DNA of 64,000 bases from Minisyncoccota bacterium (GTDB lineage Bacteria > Patescibacteriota > Minisyncoccia > Phycocordibacterales > UBA9973): assembly GCA_035491955.1 (NCBI GenBank), contig DATJJU010000015.1, forward strand, positions 30,440 to 94,439. Direction: 5' to 3'. The position numbers and the translations under genes were made by a program. A model generated the notes under the pieces. It had not been told where the DNA came from and ran no database searches. It was given only the letters and a program-made list of their open reading frames with translations. Below are positions 58,422 through 64,000 of the stretch, piece after piece (position 1 is the first letter of the stretch; each line of letters opens with the position of its first letter).

Positions 58422-58444
58422 TAGGTAGAAAGGAACTTTATCAT

Positions 58445-58990
58445 ATGAACGAAACGGATTATTTCCGCAAAGATCCGCCAGAGGTAACTTTTGTAGAATA
58501 CCACCCAAGTAGGTTGCCTTACTGCACAAGCCCGCTTCTTCTTCATCGCAAGCCAAAGCCAAAATCGTATTGGATCGCTCCACACCCTGACATACTTCGC
58601 TGTATCAAGGAAAAGAATGACTTCTATCATTACGAAGTTTGGACATTGGAATACCTTAAGGAAGAATTCAAAAACGCAGGATTTTCTCAAAAGCTTAAAA
58701 ATCCAAAAAGCTTTGTCAGGTCCTGTCGGCTTCTTATTAGTAAAAGAATCGCACAAACACAAAAGCCTCTTGTAATTATTACATGGGGAGCAGTCATCAG
58801 ACTCGTGGCTCCGTCACTTGGGCAGGAGTTACCACGCGAGATTCTTTTTGAAAAAAATTTCTTTAAAGATTCTATTTTTGAAAAAACATTCATTTATTTT
58901 CAGGGAGGCAAACCTTTCCAAAAAGACGCCAACCCGATCTTAAATGACATCTCAAAACTTATCGTAAAAACAGAACTCGTATCCAATTAG
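58445..58990 (+). CDS. hypothetical protein
   Basis: 181-aa cytoplasmic ORF preceded by the shared motif. Confidence 0.4.
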   Translation: MNETDYFRKDPPEVTFVEYHPSRLPYCTSPLLLHRKPKPKSYWIAPHPDILRCIKEKNDFYHYEVWTLEYLKEEFKNAGFSQKLKNPKSFVRSCRLLISKRIAQTQKPLVIITWGAVIRLVAPSLGQELPREILFEKNFFKDSIFEKTFIYFQGGKPFQKDANPILNDISKLIVKTELVSN

Positions 58991-59011
58991 GGTACGGGTT
59001 TATTTTTATAA

Positions 59012-59041
59012 TTTGACAAAAAATGCGCATTTAGGCAGACT
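59012..59041 (+). promoter_or_regulatory. conserved 30-nt upstream motif (copy 2)
   Basis: TTTGACAAAAAAtGcgcATTTAGGCAgACT. Confidence 0.45.
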
Positions 59042-59058
59042 GAAAAAAATACATTGAT

Positions 59059-59520
59059 ATGGAGCAGTATGAATTTTCAGCAGTGTTTATTCCTTGGGAG
59101 AGGTTAAAATTCCCAGGAAAGTTAAATGGGCGCGGTATCGACTTCAGTCTTCCTGTTTATTGGGCGCATATCCCTGTCAGCATTGATCCTTTTCAGACTG
59201 TTGCTTTTGTTTTAGAGGAAGATGACTTCAATAATATTCCAGTATTACTGACCGAATTAACTCAAAGTATTATAAGAAATCAGGGCAAGGTGATAGTCTT
59301 TGGAACGAACGACCAGATCAAGTTAACCCTCTTTTTGTTTGACAAGGCATGTATGTCTACTAAAAAAGAGATGTCAGTTAAACTACAGCTGCATTACGGC
59401 AAAAAAGACAAAAGAGAAAGAGTTAGTCGCTACTATATTCAATGCGATGAACAAAGGGAAAGATCACAAATGGCTTATTTACTTGATGGAGAGTTTGAGA
59501 GCTTTTCTTCAACTAGCTAA
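59059..59520 (+). CDS. hypothetical protein
   Basis: 153-aa ORF preceded by the shared motif. Confidence 0.4.
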   Translation: MEQYEFSAVFIPWERLKFPGKLNGRGIDFSLPVYWAHIPVSIDPFQTVAFVLEEDDFNNIPVLLTELTQSIIRNQGKVIVFGTNDQIKLTLFLFDKACMSTKKEMSVKLQLHYGKKDKRERVSRYYIQCDEQRERSQMAYLLDGEFESFSSTS

Positions 59521-59616
59521 AATTACAGCCTCTAACCGTCTAGAAATTTCTAGACGGTTTACTTTTTTCATTTTTTATTTATAATACTGTCACATTACTT
59601 ACTCCAAGTAATAAAT

Positions 59617-59688
59617 GGCCCTATCGTCTAACGGTTAGGACGCCGGCTTTTCAAGCCGTTAATCGGGGTTCGATTCCCCGTAGGGTCA
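59617..59688 (+). tRNA. tRNA-Glu (anticodon UUC)
   Basis: GGCCCTATCGTCTAACGGTTAGGACGCCGGCTTTTCAAGCCGTTAATCGGGGTTCGATTCCCCGTAGGGTCA. Confidence 0.85.
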
Positions 59689-59693
59689 CACGC

Positions 59694-59726
59694 AAAAAAC
59701 CACCGCTCCTGTATTGGTGGTTTTTT
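59694..59726 (+). terminator. intrinsic terminator
   Basis: AAAAAACCACC...GGTGGTTTTTT. Confidence 0.6.
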
Positions 59727-59808
59727 GCATGGAGATCTAGGGGGTGACAATATAGCTCGTGACCGATTGCGTCCTTTACTATACAATCAAGCTATATAAA
59801 TTGATTGA

Positions 59809-60510
59809 GTGCTAACATTTATGAGTAAGCTTGAGGAAAATTTTAATAAATTTAAGGAGATTACCAGAGAGGAATTTTTTATTGCTGAGGAAATTAAAAA
59901 GCATGTAGAGATTACAGGTACCAGTACAATTCTCGATGTTGGGTGCGCTAGTGGAGACCTCTCAAGATCATTGGTAGGGGATTCAAGAAATATCACTTTC
60001 TTAGATGTAGATGAATTTAATTTTTCTCCTCAAGAAAAATTTATTCACTCTTCATTTGAAGATGCAGAAATTGATGAAAAGTATGATTTCATTTTAACTT
60101 CGCATGTCTGGGGTCATTTTTACAGAAACAATACTTTTGATTTTTGTTACAAGAAATGTCATGACTTGCTCAAAGACAGTGGGAAGTTAATCGTAGTCCA
60201 TAATTCAAACAATGATTTTATAGGGAAATTAATTGAATTCTCAAAAACCCTATTTAAGGAAATAGAATTCGATGTTTTCCTTGATCAATTTTTAGAAAAC
60301 GAAAACTATACTCAGCATTACTTTGATGTGCACTTTAAAGCAGAATCATTTGCAGAATTGGCAGAGCTTGTTCAAGTATTATTAGTTGTTCCTGACTCAC
60401 TGTATTACGAAAGAATTCAAGAGGTCGCTGACTTTTTGGAGAAGAATTTAGAGAAACCAGAGTTTCCAATCAATCAAAGACTTTTGGTTATAGAAAAGGG
60501 AGCTCACTAA
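59809..60510 (+). CDS. class I SAM-dependent methyltransferase
   Basis: Motif I 'ILDVGCASGDL'. Confidence 0.6.
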   Translation: MLTFMSKLEENFNKFKEITREEFFIAEEIKKHVEITGTSTILDVGCASGDLSRSLVGDSRNITFLDVDEFNFSPQEKFIHSSFEDAEIDEKYDFILTSHVWGHFYRNNTFDFCYKKCHDLLKDSGKLIVVHNSNNDFIGKLIEFSKTLFKEIEFDVFLDQFLENENYTQHYFDVHFKAESFAELAELVQVLLVVPDSLYYERIQEVADFLEKNLEKPEFPINQRLLVIEKGAH

Positions 60511-60625
60511 TAATGTACTTCCAGTGCTGACTATAATCATCAAATAAAAAACCGCCTTCATACAAAAGCGGTTCGGGGTATTTTTTCTAACTTTCCATTC
60601 AGTGATGGTCAATTATGTAACCATT

Positions 60626-61045
60626 TTATTTTTCTCTATACAGTATGGTCAGTCTGTTATCCTCATCAGGGTCGGCAGGAAGATCTGTTTTCTGCACAGG
60701 TTCGATTGATGCATCGTAGGGGCCGAACGACAATAAAAATAATGTTGTTTCGATTCTATCGGTGCTTAGAAAAGCAATATAGCTGTGCTTATACGGTGCT
60801 TCTTGCAGTCTTTCTCTTGTGCCATAAAAGACACGCAATGAGTCCTTAGCAGGGTCACCTTTTTTCAAGCGCAATACAACATAGTACAGTTCATCGTCAT
60901 CTCTTTGAGCGATGTACTGCTGGCAGTATCCCTTTGGGAGATTGTCCACCAACGGGATATGATCATCAAATCTAAGACGAAGATCTTGAGCATTTGTCGC
61001 CAATACTATAAAGGCCACAAAGAAGGTGGTAAGGAACTTTTTCAT
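60626..61045 (-). CDS. hypothetical secreted protein (signal peptide)
   Basis: 'MKKFLTTFFVAFIVLATNAQ' signal-like N-terminus. Confidence 0.4.
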   Translation of the reverse strand: MKKFLTTFFVAFIVLATNAQDLRLRFDDHIPLVDNLPKGYCQQYIAQRDDDELYYVVLRLKKGDPAKDSLRVFYGTRERLQEAPYKHSYIAFLSTDRIETTLFLLSFGPYDASIEPVQKTDLPADPDEDNRLTILYREK

Positions 61046-61149
61046 CGCATACAGTTTTTCTTACCATAGCGGAAAAATGGCCTCAGTGTCAAACAAATAA
61101 AAAACCCGCTATCGGATGTAATAGAGGGTCCTTATTCGTATACGGCAAA

Positions 61150-61278
61150 TTATCGTTGTATTTTGCCAATGATGCAGGCAATGGCTACTAGGAAGCCAAC
61201 GGCTACAAGGATGCGGAAGAAAATCATCGAAGCTTTTCCTATTCGCCCAAGAGGTTTTTCAAGTTCTTCAGTTTCCAT
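61150..61278 (-). CDS. possible small single-TM peptide (42 aa)
   Basis: Hand-read METEELEKPLGRIGKASMIFFRILVAVGFLVAIACIIGKIQR. Not in the ORF track. Confidence 0.25.
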   Translation of the reverse strand: METEELEKPLGRIGKASMIFFRILVAVGFLVAIACIIGKIQR

Positions 61279-61337
61279 GTCGATCTTTTTAAGTTCAGTA
61301 GTACTATATCATATATAAGTGTAAAAGTCAATGAATA

Positions 61338-62270
61338 ATGACTGATTCCTTTGTAAATAGAGCATATTATGGTACATTAGAACGCATGAAAAAATATCGT
61401 ATCCTCCGTTGGATCGGAGAAAAGTGGAATATCCCTCGCTTTGTGGTCATTATAGGATCACTTTTTGCTGCTATAGGACTTGTCTTTACGCTCGTCTTTT
61501 TCGGCATGCAATTCGGCGTATTTAATGTCAAAGGCTCTAGTGCCAGTAGAAATGCATCGCTAGGGACAGTACCAAAGTCTGTCATGACTAGTACATGCTT
61601 GCCATTGAGTACCGGTACGCCAAAAGCCTGTGATTGGGACAAAACTCAGGAATGGGCAGTGCTCAATAGCGCGCTTCAAAAAGACAGCAGCACTCTTGAT
61701 CAAGTTTCTAATCAAACGGGAGTGCCTGCGCGCATAATCGTTTCTGCTGTTGTCCCTGAACAGCTGCGTTACTTCACTTCTAATCGTGAAAGCTTCAAGA
61801 AATATTTTGAACCACTAGAAATTCTTTCTTCTTTGACGAAATTCTCACTCGGCGTATCTGGTATCAAGCAAGACACTGCTACTCAGATCGAGCAGTATGC
61901 CAATGATCCAACCAGTCCGTTTTATCCAGGACCAGAGATTGCACCGCTTATCGCGTATCCAGCAGGCGTTGATCATGACACAGAGCTCTACAATCGCCTG
62001 ACAGCCAAAGATCACTACTACTCATATTTGTACACTGCTATCTTTCTTAAAGAAATCGAAGCGCAGTGGTCAAAGTCTGGTTTCGATGTCAGTCAGCGTC
62101 CTGATGTTTTGGTGACGCTCTTCAATATTGGCTTCGGCGCATCACACCCTAATGCCAATCCGCAAGTGGCTGGCTCAGTCATTACGATCGGAGGACACGA
62201 CTATTCTTTCGGCGAGCTTGGCGTGATGTTCTATCAGTCCAATGATTTGCTCGACGTTTTCCCTCGCTAA
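61338..62270 (+). CDS. hypothetical membrane-anchored extracytoplasmic protein
   Basis: An N-terminal TM helix with a 250-aa soluble domain. Confidence 0.4.
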   Translation: MTDSFVNRAYYGTLERMKKYRILRWIGEKWNIPRFVVIIGSLFAAIGLVFTLVFFGMQFGVFNVKGSSASRNASLGTVPKSVMTSTCLPLSTGTPKACDWDKTQEWAVLNSALQKDSSTLDQVSNQTGVPARIIVSAVVPEQLRYFTSNRESFKKYFEPLEILSSLTKFSLGVSGIKQDTATQIEQYANDPTSPFYPGPEIAPLIAYPAGVDHDTELYNRLTAKDHYYSYLYTAIFLKEIEAQWSKSGFDVSQRPDVLVTLFNIGFGASHPNANPQVAGSVITIGGHDYSFGELGVMFYQSNDLLDVFPR

Positions 62271-62291
62271 TAGAGGTGATATAGTACTGCT

Positions 62292-63467
62292 ATGAATGAT
62301 CGAGAGGTTGAACAATTACTCGAAGCAGAAGCAAAAAGACAGCAGGATGTTGTTAATCTTATTGCTTCAGAAAACTATGCATCAGAGGATGTTCTAAAAG
62401 CGCTCGGCAGCACTCTTACCAATAAATACGCTGAAGGCTATCCAGGAGCTCGCTACTATGGCGGCAATGTTCATATTGATGCCATTGAAAATTTAGCTCA
62501 ACAGCGCGCATTAGAGCTGTTCAATCTTTCTCCTGCAGAATGGTCTGTAAATGTTCAAGCCCTTTCTGGTACTCCTGCCAATATGGCGGTCTATAGTGCA
62601 TTGCTACCGCACGACGGCGGTTCTATTATGGCGCTTTCGCTTGATCAGGGCGGGCATCTTAGTCATGGCCATGCCGTATCAATGACAGGGAAGCTGTGGA
62701 AGCAAATTCCATATACGCTTGATCCTGAAACAGAAATTATCAACCACGACATCGTGCGTGATATCGCTCTTAAAGAGAAGCCAAATATGATTGTGGCAGG
62801 ATACACCGCATACTCTCGTATTGTGGACTGGGACGCTTTCAGAGCCATTGCAGACGAATGTGACGCACTGCTGCACGTCGATGCTTCCCATATTGCCGGT
62901 CTGATTGCTGGCGGTGTCTATCCAAGCCCTTTTGCCTATGCTGATACGGTAGTGATGACTACGCACAAGACTTTGCGGGGCCCGAGAGGAGCATTGATTT
63001 TTTCACGCAAGCAGTTGTCAGACAAAATCAATAAGGCCGTATTTCCAGGCTTACAAGGCGGTCCGCATATGAACACTATTGCCGGTATTGCTGTAGCGCT
63101 ACACGAAGCTATGCAGCCGGAATTTCAGGCGCATGCACGACAGGTCATAGATAATGCAAAAGCCCTTGCTACTGCGCTAGAAGAAAAAGGCTGGCGTATT
63201 GTTTCTGGAGGTACTGACACGCACCTTTTCTTAGTTGATACATTCATACGAGGCATAGGCGGACAAGCGGCCAGCGATGCATTGGAGAAAGAGGGTATTA
63301 TTGTAAACAAAAATGCTATTCCATTCGATACGCGTTCGCCAATGGATCCATCAGGTATCCGCATCGGTACGCCGGCTGAAACAACGCGAGGGAAGAATGA
63401 AGAAGATATGCGCGCGATTGCAGAACGCATTGATAGTATTTTAAAGGTATTGGAACATGATAATTAA
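62292..63467 (+). CDS. glyA: serine hydroxymethyltransferase
   Basis: 'TNKYAEGYPGARYYGG', PLP-lysine 'THKTLRGPRG'. Confidence 0.93.
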   Translation: MNDREVEQLLEAEAKRQQDVVNLIASENYASEDVLKALGSTLTNKYAEGYPGARYYGGNVHIDAIENLAQQRALELFNLSPAEWSVNVQALSGTPANMAVYSALLPHDGGSIMALSLDQGGHLSHGHAVSMTGKLWKQIPYTLDPETEIINHDIVRDIALKEKPNMIVAGYTAYSRIVDWDAFRAIADECDALLHVDASHIAGLIAGGVYPSPFAYADTVVMTTHKTLRGPRGALIFSRKQLSDKINKAVFPGLQGGPHMNTIAGIAVALHEAMQPEFQAHARQVIDNAKALATALEEKGWRIVSGGTDTHLFLVDTFIRGIGGQAASDALEKEGIIVNKNAIPFDTRSPMDPSGIRIGTPAETTRGKNEEDMRAIAERIDSILKVLEHDN

Positions 63468-64000
63468 CGGCAATGAAATAAAAGAAAAAGTTCTCGATGA
63501 CGTCAGGTCATTAGCGCAAGGAACTGCTAAGCGGGTGTGTTTCGTGCAGTTCGGCAGTGATGAGGCAAGTGCCGCATTTATCAAAATGAAGTTGCGAGTG
63601 GCAGATGGCCTTGGTATTCAGGCTGATGTTATTCACAAAGATCCTGCAGATACTGCCGAAGCCCTGCTACTTATGGGAGAGATTATAGAAAAAAACTATG
63701 ACGGTATCGTAGTGCAGCTGCCATTGCCTCAGCATCTCGATACCGACCTTATTATCGACAGTATTCCGACTGAAATGGATATCGATATACTGAGCGAAGA
63801 TGCTAAGGCGCACTATCGTGCTGCTACCACTGAACGCGTAGCCCCTGTAGCAGGAGCAGTGCAGGAAATATTATGGGAAAACAAAATTATTCTTATTGGT
63901 AAAAAGATTGCTGTTCTCGGAAGAGGGAAGTTGGTTGGCGAACCGATCATAATGCTGCTTGATCGCCAAGAACTCCCGTACACTGTCATTGATATCACTA
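63457..64000 (+). CDS. folD: bifunctional methylenetetrahydrofolate dehydrogenase/cyclohydrolase, 3'-partial (runs off the window)
   Basis: Hand-translated: MIINGNEIKEKVLDDV...KMKLRVADGLGIQADV...DGIVVQLPLPQHLD...IAVLGRGKLVGEPI. The frame is open to the window end. It overlaps the glyA stop by 11 nt. It is absent from the ORF track because it has no stop. Confidence 0.8.
   Translation, partial: MIINGNEIKEKVLDDVRSLAQGTAKRVCFVQFGSDEASAAFIKMKLRVADGLGIQADVIHKDPADTAEALLLMGEIIEKNYDGIVVQLPLPQHLDTDLIIDSIPTEMDIDILSEDAKAHYRAATTERVAPVAGAVQEILWENKIILIGKKIAVLGRGKLVGEPIIMLLDRQELPYTVIDIT

Noticed and set aside
59339-59584. 81-aa ORF overlapping the 3' end of 59059..59520
   Set aside because: It is an out-of-frame overlap with a longer ORF that has the shared promoter motif.
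54100-62290. Prophage or integrative element at tRNA-Val/tRNA-Glu
   Set aside because: There is no integrase, terminase, capsid or portal-like ORF, and no direct repeat of a tRNA 3' end was found. I kept it only as an accessory-region hypothesis.

Overview
This 64 kb window looks like a compact, largely syntenic housekeeping stretch of a small-genome bacterium. Gene content and style (archaeal-type ProRS, compact aaRSs, short UvrC, many tiny intergenic gaps, many orphan small proteins, roughly 40-45% GC) make a CPR/Patescibacteria-like organism plausible, but that is inference only. Coordinates I derived by counting bases may be off by 1-2 nt. The coding backbone is as follows. A 5'-partial giant surface protein (beta-helix / PKD / poly-Gly / PG-binding) opens the window. 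It is followed by a fused transcription-machinery cluster rpoB-rpoC-dnaG-rpoD, a divergent DsbA-like gene, and a tightly coupled GT2 - thioredoxin-like - GT-C(PMT_2) envelope glycosylation module. On the minus strand sit a tRNA-Thr with a decayed tandem copy, and then rpsB, tsf and a small basic membrane protein. Further on come proS (archaeal type), mreB-mreC, a frameshifted/truncated yfiH(pgeF)-like pseudogene, tgt, uvrB and uvrA. An IS200/RAYT-like HUH transposase bracketed by palindromic REP-like repeats lies between uvrA and a trans-polyprenyl synthase. Then come short uvrC, ddl, a LeuRS carrying an inserted complete Nudix domain, a Wzy_C+TPR membrane protein, murJ, lepA, an FtsB-like protein, glutaredoxin, tRNA-Arg and tRNA-Phe, hsp20, a PrsW/CPBP-like protease, valS and tsaD. 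Two P-loop nucleotide-kinase-like genes follow, then a tRNA-Val/tRNA-Glu-bounded run of orphan genes, two of which share a 30-nt upstream motif. The window ends with a SAM-MTase, glyA and an overlapping partial folD. No CRISPR, rRNA or prophage was seen. The features I judge most worth follow-up are the Nudix-in-LeuRS insertion, the REP/RAYT unit, the GT2/Trx/GT-C module with its promoter palindrome, the lysine-rich sigma-70 tail, the tRNA-Thr relic, and the tRNA-bounded orphan island with its shared promoter motif.
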